Assembly (NCBI RefSeq): GCF_044647545.1
Contig: NZ_CP172818.1
Direction: 5' to 3' (one strand)
Length of the DNA: 64,000 nucleotides
Source of the DNA: Escherichia coli
GTDB taxonomy: Bacteria; Pseudomonadota; Gammaproteobacteria; Enterobacterales; Enterobacteriaceae
The translations under genes and the position numbers were made by a program. Shown here piece by piece: positions 9,718-21,915 of the stretch; positions within the stretch are counted from its first letter, which is position 1, and every line of letters begins with the position of its first letter. The notes under the pieces are model-generated. The model saw only the letters and a list, made by a program, of their open reading frames with translations, ran no database searches and was not told the DNA's origin.

Positions 9718-11652
9718 TTACGCGACCGGGCGCGCAATAATGCTGCGGGTTTCCATGCGGACTTCGGCAATGGTGACGTCAATAACGTCAGTCACTTTGT
9801 AAGCCGTTTCACCTTTAATTTGTACAGTGCCGTTTTCCTGGCTGCAAACCAGTTCATCGCGCACAGCGTGTAAGAAAGGTGCCGGAATAAAGGCGATAGC
9901 GCCGTTATCAACCAAACGAACACGCATGCCGCCACGGCTGATATCGACAATTTCCGCCGCGAAACGGGTGTCGGTCCCGGCTTTGTCTTTCAGGAAGCGT
10001 GCGTATAACCAGTCGCCAACATCACGTTCTGCCATTCGGTTGAGACGGCGACGCTCGGCCATTTGGACAGTGATTTCATCCTGCGGACGCGTCGCAGTTT
10101 CGCCTTTGATAACCGCTTTCAGCAGACGGTGGTTGATCATGTCGCCATATTTACGGATCGGCGAAGTCCAGGTGGCGTATGCCTCCAGACCGAGGCCAAA
10201 GTGAGGACCGGGTTCAGTGCTAATTTCAGCAAATGACTGGAAGCGACGAATGCGGCTGTCGAGGAAACCAGTTGGTTGCGCATCCAGTTCACGACGCAGT
10301 TTGCAGAAACCGTCCAGCGTGAGCACTTCTTCGGCATCGACATGCAGACCGTGGGTTTTCAGCAACGCTGCCAGCGCGTCGGCATTCGCCGGATCAAAGC
10401 CCATATGCACGTTATAGATGCCAAAACCGAGCTTATCGCGCAGTACGCGGGCCGCACAAATGTTAGCGGCAATCATCGCTTCTTCGACGATACGGTTGGC
10501 AATGCGACGAGGCTCGGCGACGATATCCAGCACTTCACCTTTTTCACCGAGAATAAAGCGGTAATCCGGGCGATCTTTAAACACCAGTGCGTGGTTATGA
10601 CGCCACTCGCCGCGGCGTTGGCAAATTTGCGCTAGCAAACGGACTTGTTCGGCAATTGCTTCGCTTTCAGGCTGCCAGTCACCGGTATTTTCCAGCCAGT
10701 CAGAAACCTGGTCATACACCAGCTTCGCTTTGGATTCGATGGTGGCGGCAAAGAATTCGATATTATCTTCAATGGTGCCATCAGCGGAGAGCGTCATGCG
10801 GCATGCCAGTACCGGGCGGACTTCATTGGCGCGCAGTGAGCAGAGATCGTCAGAAAGCTCGCGAGGCAGCATAGGGATGTTGAAGCCAGGCAGATAGTTG
10901 GTGAATGCGCGAATTTTCGCGGCTTTGTCCAGCTTGCTGCCTTCAGCAATCCACGCGGTTGGATCGGCAATCGCCACAATCAGCTGAAGTTTGTCATCCG
11001 GCAACGCCTTAGCGAAAAGGGCGTCATCCATATCTTCTGTGCTGGCACTGTCGATGGTGACAAAATCCAGCGCAGTCAGATCTTCACGAACCAGACCTTC
11101 ATCGAGCATTTCGGTAGCGACGCCGTCTGGTGCTTCTTTTTCCAGATTATGGCGCGCAAGGGTAACCCACCACGGTACAAAGTGATCGTCACCAAAAGTG
11201 ATGTATTGTGTCAGTTCAGCATAGAAAGAACGATCGCCTTTCAGCGGATGACGGCGCATTTCGGCAACCGCCCAGTCGCCTTCTTTAAACTCGTGGTTCA
11301 GGCCACGGGCTGCGCGGCAAGGAATGGCGTCTTTTAAGAGTGGATGATCAGGAACGATGGCCAGACGGTCATTTTTGCCCTGAACTTTACCCACGAAACG
11401 AGTCAGGAACGGTTCAACCAGTTCTTCTGGCTCTGCGGATTCACGTTCTTTTTCACTGTGGATCACCGCGATAATTCGGTCGCCATGCATGACTTTTTTC
11501 ATCTGCGGCGGCGGAATGAAATAACTTTTTTGCGCGTCGACTTCCAGGAAGCCAAAGCCTTTTTCTGTGGCTTTTACCACCCCTTCAGCGCGTGGCGTCT
11601 GGGAATGCAGTTGCTGTTTAAGCTGCGCTAGCAGCGGGTTGTCCTGAAACAT
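9718..11652 (-). CDS. rnb: Exoribonuclease II (RNase II)
   Basis: 644-aa [18 protein letters not shown]...; cold-shock, RNB and S1 domains. Confidence 0.96.
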   Translation of the reverse strand: MFQDNPLLAQLKQQLHSQTPRAEGVVKATEKGFGFLEVDAQKSYFIPPPQMKKVMHGDRIIAVIHSEKERESAEPEELVEPFLTRFVGKVQGKNDRLAIVPDHPLLKDAIPCRAARGLNHEFKEGDWAVAEMRRHPLKGDRSFYAELTQYITFGDDHFVPWWVTLARHNLEKEAPDGVATEMLDEGLVREDLTALDFVTIDSASTEDMDDALFAKALPDDKLQLIVAIADPTAWIAEGSKLDKAAKIRAFTNYLPGFNIPMLPRELSDDLCSLRANEVRPVLACRMTLSADGTIEDNIEFFAATIESKAKLVYDQVSDWLENTGDWQPESEAIAEQVRLLAQICQRRGEWRHNHALVFKDRPDYRFILGEKGEVLDIVAEPRRIANRIVEEAMIAANICAARVLRDKLGFGIYNVHMGFDPANADALAALLKTHGLHVDAEEVLTLDGFCKLRRELDAQPTGFLDSRIRRFQSFAEISTEPGPHFGLGLEAYATWTSPIRKYGDMINHRLLKAVIKGETATRPQDEITVQMAERRRLNRMAERDVGDWLYARFLKDKAGTDTRFAAEIVDISRGGMRVRLVDNGAIAFIPAPFLHAVRDELVCSQENGTVQIKGETAYKVTDVIDVTIAEVRMETRSIIARPVA

Positions 11653-11719
11653 AATTGTCTATTTTGGTGGCCATTAGAGCGGCTGACAGTTTTACGCGAA
11701 TCTGTCTGACGCGGCAAGG

Positions 11720-12835
11720 TTAATATGTCTCACCCAACGCGATTTTTAAGCGATTTATCCAGCCACACAGCCCGCTCCATACCAGCAGATTAATAATCTG
11801 CGTTGATGATTTTTCGTGTTCGAGTAATGGGCTGAACTGGGCGGCGCTAAAGCGATCGGGTGCTCGGGTCAGCCATTGTATCGCCTGAACGGTAGCGCGC
11901 TCAACAGAATGACGGTCAGCCCATTGGTTAATTTCATTTTCGCCCGCGCTGATTTTTTTATATTCATTTGATGAATCCATACAGGTGGCAAAACAAGCAG
12001 GACTGCCATTTATCCGCGCGCATAACAACGCCGCAAGCTGATTATCCGGCTGTGTATTGACCCGTGTGCTGTTTAGCAACTTTTCGAGAAGGGAAAGTGA
12101 AATAGGGTGGAGAGAGAGTGTTTCGGCCAGTTGGCAAAGTTCTGCAGTTGAACTTTTTGTGTGCTCTTCAGGGAGTTTTTCCACCTCATAGCTGCTTCGC
12201 CAGCGTATTGATTCATCAGCAAACAGTGACGCGTCGGCATAGTTTTGTATCTCCAGACCGGGTAACCAGCGTACCGGATGCCCGAGATAAGCCTGAAATG
12301 TCGCAATTGACCGCGCCTGAAAGCCAATAAAACCAATGATTTGGTTAATGATTACACAGTCCCAGGCAGTTAGGCCGACGTCATTCAGATGCTGGCGCGA
12401 TCGGTTGTCGATAATAGAAGGCGAGCTAGCCAGTTGGCGGGCATATTGCGTGATTTGTGCTAACCGATGATTACTTTCCCTGGAGGAATCAGGCCCGGGG
12501 AGCGGCGTAAGTCGCGCCGAATAGTAGTTACATAACCGTTGGACGCCGCAAACCTGAGCAACCGTCAGGGCCGTCGACAAGCGTTCATAAGCGGTGAAGG
12601 TCTGTGAACGGGTCACGGTAAGCTGGTCAGGGAACAACTCTACTGCAAGAACGCGCGCAGGGACCAGCCATGAAAGGAAGGGTGCCAGCGTTTCTTCATC
12701 AAGGATCACGTCGAGCAGAAAGGGATCGCTGACCTTTGCGGCTTCCGGGACCAGAGGTAGAACGTCATACTCCGCAGTACTGGATTGCGTTTCATGATAC
12801 CAGTGGCTTTTGCCGGTGATGTGGCGTTGTTCCAT
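11720..12835 (-). CDS. yciW: YciW, carboxymuconolactone-decarboxylase/peroxidase-like family protein, function unknown
   Basis: ORF 11720..12913; start placed at the internal ATG (MEQRHITGK...) preceded by AGGAG; the upstream Met at 12913 remains an alternative. Confidence 0.8.
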   Translation of the reverse strand: MEQRHITGKSHWYHETQSSTAEYDVLPLVPEAAKVSDPFLLDVILDEETLAPFLSWLVPARVLAVELFPDQLTVTRSQTFTAYERLSTALTVAQVCGVQRLCNYYSARLTPLPGPDSSRESNHRLAQITQYARQLASSPSIIDNRSRQHLNDVGLTAWDCVIINQIIGFIGFQARSIATFQAYLGHPVRWLPGLEIQNYADASLFADESIRWRSSYEVEKLPEEHTKSSTAELCQLAETLSLHPISLSLLEKLLNSTRVNTQPDNQLAALLCARINGSPACFATCMDSSNEYKKISAGENEINQWADRHSVERATVQAIQWLTRAPDRFSAAQFSPLLEHEKSSTQIINLLVWSGLCGWINRLKIALGETY

Positions 12836-12978
12836 GGGCGCTCCTTGGTCGTAAAGGAAATCGTTATCCTGACGCAAGGCGGGAAGGGGAGAAAGACGGA
12901 TCGGCGATAACAAATATCAGAAAGGTATAACAGAGATAACGGGCGGCAGAACGCCGCCCATCTTTACCAACAGAACGA

Positions 12979-13767
12979 TTATTTCAGTTCGAGTTCGTTC
13001 ATTGCAGCGATGCTGAAACCGCCGTCAACGTGGACCACTTCACCGGAGATACCGGCAGAGAGATCGGAGCACAGGAATGCCGCGGAGTTACCCACATCTT
13101 CAATAGTAACGGTACGGCGAATCGGGGTAACGGCTTCGCAATGAGCCAGCATTTTGCGGAAGTCTTTGATACCGGAAGCCGCCAGAGTACGGATCGGACC
13201 CGCAGAGATGGCGTTAACACGCACACCTTCCGGACCCATCGCGTTCGCCATATAGCGCACGTTCGCTTCCAGAGACGCTTTTGCCAGACCCATAACGTTG
13301 TAGTTCGGGATAGCGCGCTCAGCGCCAAGGTAGGAAAGGGTCAGCAGGGCAGAACCCGGATTCAGCATGGAGCGGCAAGCTTTTGCCATTGCAACGAAGC
13401 TGTAGGAGCTGATGTCGTGGGCAATTTTGAAGCCTTCACGGGTAACGGCGTTAACATAGTCACCATCCAGCTGATCGCCAGGTGCAAAACCAATAGAGTG
13501 TACGAAACCATCAAATTTCGGCCAAACTTTCCCCAGTTCAGCGAACATGGTGTCGATGCTGGCATCTTCGGCAACATCGCACTGCAGAACGATGTCAGAA
13601 CCCAATTGAGCGGCAAATTCTTCTACGCGGCCTTTCAGTTTGTCGTTCTGGTAGGTGAATGCCAGTTCAGCTCCTTCGCGGTGCATCGCCTGAGCGATAC
13701 CGTAGGCGATGGACAGTTTGCTGGCAACACCGGTTACCAGAATGCGCTTACCGGAAAGAAAACCCAT
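12979..13767 (-). CDS. fabI: Enoyl-ACP reductase (NADH) FabI
   Basis: 262-aa [32 protein letters not shown]...; SDR fold. Confidence 0.97.
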
Positions 13768-13932
13768 AGCTTTAATCCTTATTGTTGATGCTTGTTGTGC
13801 CTGAAAATCAGGCGATTCGTCGTTTTAGTAAACAGTACGAACAGATAAACGGTTATTATAATCAACCTGGCTGTGGGTGGCTATAGTTGCCAGGTCCGAC
13901 CGGAGCAGGCTGCGGCAGGGGGGGCGCTTTTC

Positions 13933-13971
13933 CCCTCACCCTAACCCTCTCCCCAGAGGGGCGAGGGGACC
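13933..13971. repeat. GC-rich palindromic repeat, copy L (TCACCCTAACCCTCTCCCCAGAGGGGCGAGGGG)
   Basis: Internal hairpin CCCTCT-CCCC-AGAGGG nested in CCCCTC...GAGGGG; an inverted, diverged copy lies at 14121..14150. Confidence 0.7.
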
Positions 13972-14047
13972 GTATTGTGCAAATATTGTTACCCCAGCAA
14001 CAAACAGGCTCATACAGCCCCTAACCCTTTCATGGCGATGGCTGGGA

Positions 14048-14086
14048 CGGTTCAGACCTTGCCGAATATTCTCCAGCACCGTCTCC
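14048..14086 (-). repeat. Degenerate duplicate of the last ~13 codons of ycjD
   Basis: 35/39 identical to 14154..14192 (the ycjD 3' end); the last 23 nt are exact. Confidence 0.75.
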
Positions 14087-14120
14087 ATGTTTTCACCACA
14101 ACAGCTATTCGGCTCGGTCT

Positions 14121-14150
14121 GCCCCCTCGCTCTTTCAGGGAGAGGGTGAC
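14121..14150. repeat. GC-rich palindromic repeat, copy R (inverted relative to copy L), overlapping the ycjD stop codon
   Basis: Reverse complement GTCACCCTCTCCCTGAAAGAGCGAGGGGGC shares the TCACCCT..CTCCC..AGAG..GCGAGGGG pattern with copy L; encodes the terminal SPSP-stop of YcjD. Confidence 0.7.
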
Positions 14151-14488
14151 CGGCGGTTCAGTTCCTGCAGAATATTCTCCAGCACCGTCTCCTCATTACA
14201 ATCAATCTCGTTATTCCAGAAACGCAGCACGGTCCAGCCCTGCGACTCAAGCCAGCTAGTGCGCCTGGAATCATAGGCAACTGCTAAATCATGCTGCCCA
14301 CCATCCAGCTCAACGACTACACGCGCCGAGCAGCAAGCAAAATCGAGAATGTAGCTCCCCACTGGATGTTGACGGCGAAATTTGAAATCACTAAAACGTC
14401 GGCTGCGAAGATATCGCCAGAGCTTTCGTTCCTGCAAAGTGAGATTGCGTCTTAAATCACGCGCATTTGATTTAATTTTATCTATCAC
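14135..14488 (-). CDS. ycjD: DUF559 protein YcjD (restriction-endonuclease-like fold), function unknown
   Basis: 117-aa ORF MIDKIKSNARDLRRNLTLQERKLWRYLR... Confidence 0.9.
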   Translation of the reverse strand: MIDKIKSNARDLRRNLTLQERKLWRYLRSRRFSDFKFRRQHPVGSYILDFACCSARVVVELDGGQHDLAVAYDSRRTSWLESQGWTVLRFWNNEIDCNEETVLENILQELNRRSPSP

Positions 14489-14555
14489 CTCATTCTGACA
14501 AGATTTAATCTTTTGTCAGAATGAGGTGAATAATCTGGAAGGAGGATTCAGAAGA

Positions 14556-15362
14556 TTAACGGTCCTTACGCCACGCATCCGCCGTCAATGCCTCGCCAAA
14601 ATGACCGGCGATCAGCCGTTTGGTGAGTTCATGCAGCGGCGATGCCAGCACATCCGCGGTGCTGCCTCGCTCGACAACCTCGCCCTGATGCATCACCAGC
14701 ACCTGGTCGCTAATGTGCTTCATCATTCCGATATGCTGGGTAACATAAATATACGAAATGCCCTGTTTTTCCTGTAACTCCAGCATCAGGTTAATCAACT
14801 GCGAACGCATCGACATATCCAGTGAGGCGAGGGCTTCATCGGCAATAATGACTTTTGGGCGCAATATCAGCGCGCGCGCCAGACCCAGACGCTGTTTTTG
14901 CCCGGGTGCCAACATATGCGGATAGTAACTGACGTGATCCGGTAGCAGCCCAACCATACGCATCGTTTCAATAATCTGTTTGCGACGCTGTTCCGGTTCC
15001 AGATCGGTGTTCAGACGCAGTGGAAAATCCAGAATTTGCGAGATACGTTGACGGGGATTCAACGAGGTCGAAGGATCCTGAAAAATCATGCGAATACGCT
15101 GACTGCGGAAGGAATAATCGCCAAAATGCAGCGGATGATCGTCAATCAATAACTCGCCGCTGGTAGGTTCTATCATTCCCGCCAGCATTTTTGCCAGCGT
15201 GGATTTACCCGAACCATTCTCGCCAATAATCGCCAGTGTCTGGCCTTCACGTAGCGTAAAGCTCAAGGGTTTTACCGCTTCTACGGTCTGACGACGAAAC
15301 CAGCCGGTCCGGTAGCGGAACGTTTTACTTAAATTACGCACTTCAAGTAGCGTTTCGATCAT
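14556..15362 (-). CDS. sapF: ABC transporter ATP-binding protein SapF
   Basis: 268-aa ORF with Walker A GENGSGKST and ABC signature LAPGQKQR. Confidence 0.95.
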   Translation of the reverse strand: MIETLLEVRNLSKTFRYRTGWFRRQTVEAVKPLSFTLREGQTLAIIGENGSGKSTLAKMLAGMIEPTSGELLIDDHPLHFGDYSFRSQRIRMIFQDPSTSLNPRQRISQILDFPLRLNTDLEPEQRRKQIIETMRMVGLLPDHVSYYPHMLAPGQKQRLGLARALILRPKVIIADEALASLDMSMRSQLINLMLELQEKQGISYIYVTQHIGMMKHISDQVLVMHQGEVVERGSTADVLASPLHELTKRLIAGHFGEALTADAWRKDR

Positions 15363-15363
15363 C

Positions 15364-16356
15364 TCACTCTTTCTCCATGTTCAGCGGGAAATGACAGGCA
15401 TAGAGATGATTTTTCGCCCCCGTCAAACGTGGCGTCACAATGCATTCTCGTTGTGCATACGGGCAACGCGGCCCCAGACGACACCCAATCGGTAACTGTT
15501 CCAGCAGTGGGATAGCGCCGGGCAGCGTATTGAGGCGACTTTTATGCGGCATCGCGCTGCCGAAGTCTGGTATCGCGCGGATCAGCGCCTGGGTATAAGG
15601 ATGATGTGGCATTGTCACCAACTCCTTACTTGGCGCGGTTTCCACCGTTTGACCGCAGTAAAGCACGTTAATTTTATCCGCCCATTGGCTAAGCATTTGT
15701 AAGTCATGGCTGATAAGCAAAATAGTGGTATTGCTGTTTTGGTTGAGACGCGTCAGCAGGCGAAAGATTTGCGCCTGGGTTGTTGGCTCCATTGAGTTTG
15801 TCGGTTCGTCAGCAATCAGCAGACGCGGTTGATTCGCCAGTGCAATGGCTATCATCACTTTCTGACATTCACCTTCGGTCAACTCATAGGGAAAACTGCG
15901 CATCGCATCTTTGTGATCTTTAATCCCCACGCGGTGCAGCAGTTCAATGGCACGGCGTTTGCGCCAGCCAAAACGCTGCCACCAACGGCCTTTATAGGTC
16001 CAGGCTGGGATGTTTTGCATCAACTGGCGACCCACACGTTCTGAAGGGTCAAGACACGACTGCGGTTCCTGGAAAATCATCGACACGTTGTGACCAACCA
16101 GCTTGCGCCGTTCGCGTGCGGAGAGACGCAGCAAATCGATATCATCAAAACGCATACGATCAGCTGTGACACGCCAGTTATCTTTATTCACCCCACAAAT
16201 CGCTTTCGCAATCAAACTTTTGCCGGAACCTGATTCGCCAACAAGACCGCGGATTTCACCTTCGGTTAAGGTCATACTTACGCGGTCGACGGCTTTAACC
16301 CACTCATCACCGGTTTTAAATTCAATGGTCAGGTTACGAATATCGAGTAATGGCAT
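15364..16356 (-). CDS. sapD: ABC transporter ATP-binding protein SapD
   Basis: 330-aa ORF with Walker A GESGSGKS. Confidence 0.95.
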
Positions 16357-17246
16357 TATTCCACCCCCGCAATAATTGCACGACGGACACCGTCGCCAAG
16401 GAGGTTAACCAACAGCACGCTAATCATAATTGCCGCACCTGGCAGCATGACAGTCCACGGGGCGACATAAATCAGTTCCAGCGCATCACCGAGCATCGCT
16501 CCCCATTCAGGCGAGGGGAGTTGTGCGCCGAGATCGAGAAAGCCCAGCGCGGCGATATCGAGAATTGCCATCGACAGTGCGCGGGTGATCTCGGTGACCA
16601 GCCCGGCGGTGATGTTTGGCATCACAGCAAACCAGAGAATATTCAGCGTTGATGCGCCATCCAGACGGGCGGCGATAACGTACTCTTTTTCCAGTTCGTC
16701 ATGCACCATGCTGTAAATCGAACGTACCATACGCGGCAGCAGCGCCAGCCAGACGGCAAACATGGCGTGAGACAAACTCGGTCCGGCAAACGCTACAACG
16801 ATAATTGCCAGCAGTAGGGAAGGGATCGCCAGTAAGGTATCCAGAATATGGTTAAGCACCGCTGAGCGGAGGCCGTGGGTCGCCCCGGCGAAGGTGCCCA
16901 GAACCAGGCCACAGATCGTCGCGGCAAGCGTCACCACAAATGCGCCACCTACGGTTGGCGCAGCTCCGCTCAGTAAACGGCTTAAAACATCGCGTCCGAG
17001 GTCGTCAGTCCCCAGGAAGAAAGAAACTTCGCCATAGCGCGACCATGACGGCGGCAATAATTGGTAACCGAGAAATTGCTGGTCGATGCCGTAAGGCGCA
17101 AACCAGCCGCCAAAAATACACAGTACAGCCAGCCCCGCGCAGCCGTACAGGCCGACCATCGCAGAGGCGTCACTATAAAATTTGCGCCAGGCGGTACGCA
17201 GCGTGCCCGGCGGGCGCTTTTCGCTGTATACGCTATCGTAAGGCAT
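16356..17246 (-). CDS. sapC: ABC transporter permease SapC
   Basis: 296-aa polytopic membrane ORF; stop overlaps the sapD start. Confidence 0.95.
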
Positions 17247-18198
17247 ACCATTCCTTATGTTTCAGAGGGTTAGCCATGGCACCCAAAATATCAGAAATCA
17301 CGTTAACAATAATGACCAATGAGCCACACACCATCACTCCGGCGGAAATGGCTGCGTAATCCTGCTGGCGGATGGCGTTAATTAACCAGCGCCCTAAACC
17401 CGGCCAGCTAAAAACCATTTCGGTGATCATCGCCAGCGTCAGCATGGTAGAAAACTGTAAGCCCAGGCGAGGAATAACCGGAGGTAACGCGTTATGCAGA
17501 ACGTGGCGACGCAAAATAGTAAAGCGCGACAAACCGCGGGTCGCCGCTGCTTTAACATAGTTCTGGTCATACACTTCGATAGTGCTGATACGCATTAGTC
17601 GGATCACTTCAGTTGTTGGCGCAACCGACAGGGTGATCACGGGTAATATCATATGGCGGATTGCGCTCATGACCATTTCATCCCGCCACGGTGAGTCCGA
17701 AAGCCAGGCATCAATCAACGCAAAACCGGTAATCGGTTTCACTTCGTAGAGCAAATCGAAACGCCCAGAAACGGGCAACCAACCTAGCGTGAGTGAACAA
17801 AACAGCGTCAACAGAAGCGCCAGCCAGAACACCGGGATTGAAAAGCCCAGTAAGGCGATGGCGTTGATCAAGTTATCCTGCCACTTATGGCGCGTAATCC
17901 CGGCAATCATCCCCACGGGGATGCCAACAATCAGCGCAAAACCGAAGGCGAGGATGCACAGTTCCATCGTCGCCGGGAAGACCTCTTTTAACTGTTCGGC
18001 AATCGGTTGGCCGTTAATGCTGGAAACACCAAAATCCCAGTGGATCAGGCCATTAAACCAGAACACCCAGGCATTCCACAGTGACGCGCCTTGTAACGGC
18101 GCATGTGGGGTGAAATAGCTCAAGCTGAAGCCAACGAAGGTCAGCAGGAACAAGGTGACAATCAATAACAAAATACGGCGTAAGGTGAAGATAATCAT
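17233..18198 (-). CDS. sapB: ABC transporter permease SapB
   Basis: 321-aa polytopic membrane ORF overlapping sapC and sapA ends. Confidence 0.95.
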
Positions 18199-19838
18199 GG
18201 CTTTTTCACCTCATCCTGTTTCTCGCGATACACCCCAGCAAAGGAGGCGTTACCAAACGGGCTAAGTACCAGACCTTTGATATCGTACCGATAGGCCTGC
18301 AAACGCAATGACGACGCCAGCGGCAGAATAGGTAATTCCTGCGCCAGAATACTTTGCGCTTCGTCATAGGCTTCAATACGCGCCGCCAGCTGCTGCGAGG
18401 AGAGCGCCTTACGCAACACGCTGTCGAATTTCGGATCGCACCAGTGGGCGAGGTTGGTCTGTGAATGAATTGCCGCGCAGCTCAGTAACGGACGGAAGAA
18501 ACTGTCCGGGTCGTTACTGTCCGTCGCCCAACCGGATAACGTCAGATCATGGCTCATATCCATCAACCGCGCCTCCTGAAAACGACCTTCTACCGGCACA
18601 ATCACCACTTTTACGCCAACCTGTGCCATATCCGCCTGAATCAGTTCGGCGGTTTTCAGTGGACTGGGGTTCCACGCCTGCGAACGTGTGGGCACCCACA
18701 GTTTCAGCGTTAAGTTTTCCAGCCCCAACGCCTTCAACTGTTCGCGCGATTTTGCCGGATTGTATTCAGTAATTTTAGCCTCGTTGTCATAGGCCCACGA
18801 GGCGCGCGGTAAAATAGAGGCCGCCGTTTCAGCCGTACCATAATAGATGGATTGCATCAGGCGCTGGTTATTAATCGCCAGTGCCAGTGCATGGCGGACC
18901 GCCGGATTATTTAGCGGCGGTTTAGCGGTGTTAAACGCCAGATAGGCGACGTTCATCCCCGGGCGCAGCGTTAAACGCAAGCGCGGGTCGTCACGCAAAA
19001 TGGATAGCTGACTGGCGGCAGGCCAGGCCAGAACGTCGCATTCCCCGGTCAGGAGTTTCGACAGACGTCCGGTACCGCCGGAGCCTAAATCCACCACCAC
19101 CTGCGGCATTAACGGTTTGCCGCGCCAGAAGTCATCATGACGTTGTAGGCGAATAAATTGCCCGGCGCGGTATTCCGACAACTGATACGGTCCAGTGCCG
19201 ACCGGTTGACGGTCGAGTTGCTCCTGGCGATCTTCTTTCTCTAACTTCCCTGCATATTCTGCCGACATGACCGAAGCATAATGGGTCGCGAGGTGCCACA
19301 AAAAAGAAGCATCCGGCTGAGCCAGACGGAACTCAACGGTATGATTATCCAGTTTGCGGACGCTTTTCACGTTATCGGCAAATTGCAGGCTGTCGAAATA
19401 GGGGAAGTTGCTGCCATTAACGTTATGCCACGGGTTGTTGCGGTCAAAAATTCGCTGGAAGGTAAACACCACATCGTCGGCATTCATTTTACGAGTGGGA
19501 GTAAACCAGTCGGTTTTTTGAAACGGAACATCGCGACGCAGGTGGAAGCGATAGGTCGCGCCGTTGTCGAGTACTTCCCAGCTTTCGGCAAGTTCCGGCA
19601 TCAGGCGATAGGTATAGGGATCGACATCCAGCAGTCGATCATAAAACTGGGCGGCAAGGGTATCGACAATTAACCCACTGCTCGCTTTGGATGGGTTAAA
19701 GGTGTTGACTTGCCCGCTGACGCAATAGACAAAACCGCTGTCGCGGATATCAGCATGCGGGGGGGATTCAGGCGCGGCGATTGCCTGACCACTCACAAGT
19801 CCAGCAATCACCAAAAGAGACGATAATACCTGGCGCAT
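18195..19838 (-). CDS. sapA: Periplasmic substrate-binding protein SapA (peptide/opine-type SBP family)
   Basis: 547-aa ORF with signal peptide [21 protein letters not shown]. Confidence 0.95.
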   Translation of the reverse strand: MRQVLSSLLVIAGLVSGQAIAAPESPPHADIRDSGFVYCVSGQVNTFNPSKASSGLIVDTLAAQFYDRLLDVDPYTYRLMPELAESWEVLDNGATYRFHLRRDVPFQKTDWFTPTRKMNADDVVFTFQRIFDRNNPWHNVNGSNFPYFDSLQFADNVKSVRKLDNHTVEFRLAQPDASFLWHLATHYASVMSAEYAGKLEKEDRQEQLDRQPVGTGPYQLSEYRAGQFIRLQRHDDFWRGKPLMPQVVVDLGSGGTGRLSKLLTGECDVLAWPAASQLSILRDDPRLRLTLRPGMNVAYLAFNTAKPPLNNPAVRHALALAINNQRLMQSIYYGTAETAASILPRASWAYDNEAKITEYNPAKSREQLKALGLENLTLKLWVPTRSQAWNPSPLKTAELIQADMAQVGVKVVIVPVEGRFQEARLMDMSHDLTLSGWATDSNDPDSFFRPLLSCAAIHSQTNLAHWCDPKFDSVLRKALSSQQLAARIEAYDEAQSILAQELPILPLASSLRLQAYRYDIKGLVLSPFGNASFAGVYREKQDEVKKP

Positions 19839-20086
19839 AATATTAATGGATTTTATGTAAAGAGGCTATCTTACTAATATTTAATGACATTTGCCATTAC
19901 CGTTTGTGTTCAGGGGTCGTAATGAGGGCCGTGTGGTTGGTCGTTGAACAGGTGGCGTCGCCATCTGTTCAACATTCGTACCCGTGATTTCTCTATAACT
20001 ATAACTCACAGAACAACTTAGCGAGGAGCAGAGCGGTACGATCGTGAGAAACCCATTGAGGCACACTGCAGTGCGTGTCATTGTTA

Positions 20087-20117
20087 GCCGGATGCGGCGT
20101 GAACGCTTTATCCGGAC
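20087..20117. repeat. REP (repetitive extragenic palindrome) element
   Basis: GCCGGATGCGGCGTGAACGCTTTATCCGGAC matches the enterobacterial REP consensus. Confidence 0.8.
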
Positions 20118-20150
20118 AACGATACTGACCCATCGTCTGCAATGAAATAA

Positions 20151-20396
20151 TTACTCATTACCCCATTGATTCAAAAACTCTGCGATCTCATCAATGCGTA
20201 CGGGATTAATCCCCGCTTCAGCAGCCATTTCATGTTGGGCTTCTTCACTGATCTCTTCATTGTTCATCAAACGGGTGAGCAGTAACTGGAAGTAGTGGGC
20301 CAGCGGTGTGCGTTCAGCGTCTGCGACAGGCTCTGCGCATTCGGTCGCGTACTCATCGGCAATATCAAAATATTTTAGCGGGATATCGTGGTTCAT
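20151..20396 (-). CDS. ymjA: Small acidic protein YmjA (DUF2543), function unknown
   Basis: 81-aa [26 protein letters not shown]... Confidence 0.85.
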   Translation of the reverse strand: MNHDIPLKYFDIADEYATECAEPVADAERTPLAHYFQLLLTRLMNNEEISEEAQHEMAAEAGINPVRIDEIAEFLNQWGNE

Positions 20397-20529
20397 TATT
20401 TGCCCCTGGGGTTAATGCGCTAAGCATAAGGGCGGATGATAGCACTCGTGATCCGGGTCATACATCTTTTTATAGTTAATGGCGCGGTGCATTACCCTCA
20501 GCCAGGATAATGCGCCGCGCATCCGACTA

Positions 20530-21915
20530 TTACGTTTCGCTCACCGGCGTTCTGTCACCATCATACAACGGCACTTTGCGATAGCGGCGGATCAGATACC
20601 ACAAATATGCGCCGCCTAACGAAGCCCATACCAGACCGAGTGTCAGTGACGTTGACTCGAGGTTAACCCACAGCACACCCACCGTCAGCGCGCCAACCAG
20701 CGGCATCAGCAAATAGTGGAAGTGATCCTTCCAGCTTTTATTCATTCCTTTACGCCGCCAGAAATGATTAAACACCGACAGATTTACGAAGGTAAATGCC
20801 ACCAGAGCACCGAAGTTAATCAATGCTGTGGCGGTAACTAAATCGAAGAACAGCGCCGACAACGCGACAATCCCGACCATAATGACGTTCAGTGCCGGAG
20901 TCCGCCATTTTGGGTGCACATAGCCAAACACGCGCTCCGGAAACACATTGTCACGCCCCATCACATACAGCAGACGCGACACGCTGGCGTGCGACGCCAG
21001 GCCAGACGCTAACGTGTTCACAAACGTGGTACAGAGGAAAATCGACTGGAAGAGCTTGCCGCCGACGTACAGCGCAATCTCAGGTAGTGCGGCGTCCGGG
21101 TCTTTAAAGCGGCTGATATCAGGAAAGAACAGCTGCATAAAGAACGACGCAGCGATAAAGATAACGCCACCGTAGACCGCCGTCAGGAAGATGGCTTTCG
21201 GGATCACGCGTGCGGCGTCCGGCGTCTCTTCCGAAAGCGTGGTCACCGCATCGAAACCGAGGAAGGAAAAACAGACAATCGTCGCCCCGGTAATAATCGG
21301 GATCAGGTGCGCGTTCTCGCTGATAAACGGCTGAAGTGACCAGACGGTGCCAACGCCTTCTCCTTTATGCAGTCCCTGAACCACCAGGAAGATAAACACC
21401 ACCATGATGGAGATTTGCACCAACACAAACAGGGTATTGAAGTTAGCAACCAGGTTGACGCTCTTCAGATTCGCGGCGGTTAAAATGGCGACGAAGGTTA
21501 CCACCCACACCCACGGCGGCACTTCCGGGAAGAGGGCGGAGAGATAGATTTTCGCCAACAAGACGTTGATCATCGGCAAAAAGAGATAATCCAGCAGCGA
21601 TGACCAGCCGACCATAAATCCGACGTGCGGGTTAATCGACTTTTGCGCGTAGGTATAGGCCGAACCGGCTTCCGGAAACTGGCGAACCAGTTTGCCGTAG
21701 CTGATAGCGGTAAACAGCACGCCCGCCAGCGCCAGCAAATAGGACGCCGGAACGTGACCGTCGCTAATGCCGGAGACAATACCAAAAGTATCAAATACGG
21801 TCATCGGCGTGAGATAGGCCAGACCCATCATCACCACCTGCCACAATTTCAGTGATTTTCGCAGACGGGTTTTGCCAGATTGCGCAGCAATAGTCAGTGG
21901 TGAATTAATAGCCAT
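20530..21915 (-). CDS. puuP: Putrescine importer PuuP (APC-family permease)
   Basis: ORF 20530..21969; start at internal ATG ([15 protein letters not shown]...) giving 461 aa; 12 TM segments. Confidence 0.93.
   Translation of the reverse strand: MAINSPLTIAAQSGKTRLRKSLKLWQVVMMGLAYLTPMTVFDTFGIVSGISDGHVPASYLLALAGVLFTAISYGKLVRQFPEAGSAYTYAQKSINPHVGFMVGWSSLLDYLFLPMINVLLAKIYLSALFPEVPPWVWVVTFVAILTAANLKSVNLVANFNTLFVLVQISIMVVFIFLVVQGLHKGEGVGTVWSLQPFISENAHLIPIITGATIVCFSFLGFDAVTTLSEETPDAARVIPKAIFLTAVYGGVIFIAASFFMQLFFPDISRFKDPDAALPEIALYVGGKLFQSIFLCTTFVNTLASGLASHASVSRLLYVMGRDNVFPERVFGYVHPKWRTPALNVIMVGIVALSALFFDLVTATALINFGALVAFTFVNLSVFNHFWRRKGMNKSWKDHFHYLLMPLVGALTVGVLWVNLESTSLTLGLVWASLGGAYLWYLIRRYRKVPLYDGDRTPVSET

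Noticed and set aside
13030-13788. 252-aa ORF on the plus strand spanning almost all of fabI
   Set aside because: Fully antisense to a well-established essential gene, no ribosome-binding site, low-complexity composition; a shadow ORF of a codon-biased gene.
13877-14149. 90-aa plus-strand ORF across the fabI-ycjD spacer (HPNPLPRGARG...)
   Set aside because: The peptide is simply the translation of the GC-rich palindromic repeats; the region is better explained as a repeat element.
19881-20081. 66-aa ORF in the sapA-ymjA spacer
   Set aside because: No Shine-Dalgarno sequence, runs through a REP-adjacent region, Pro/Thr/Ser-rich translation; most likely non-coding.
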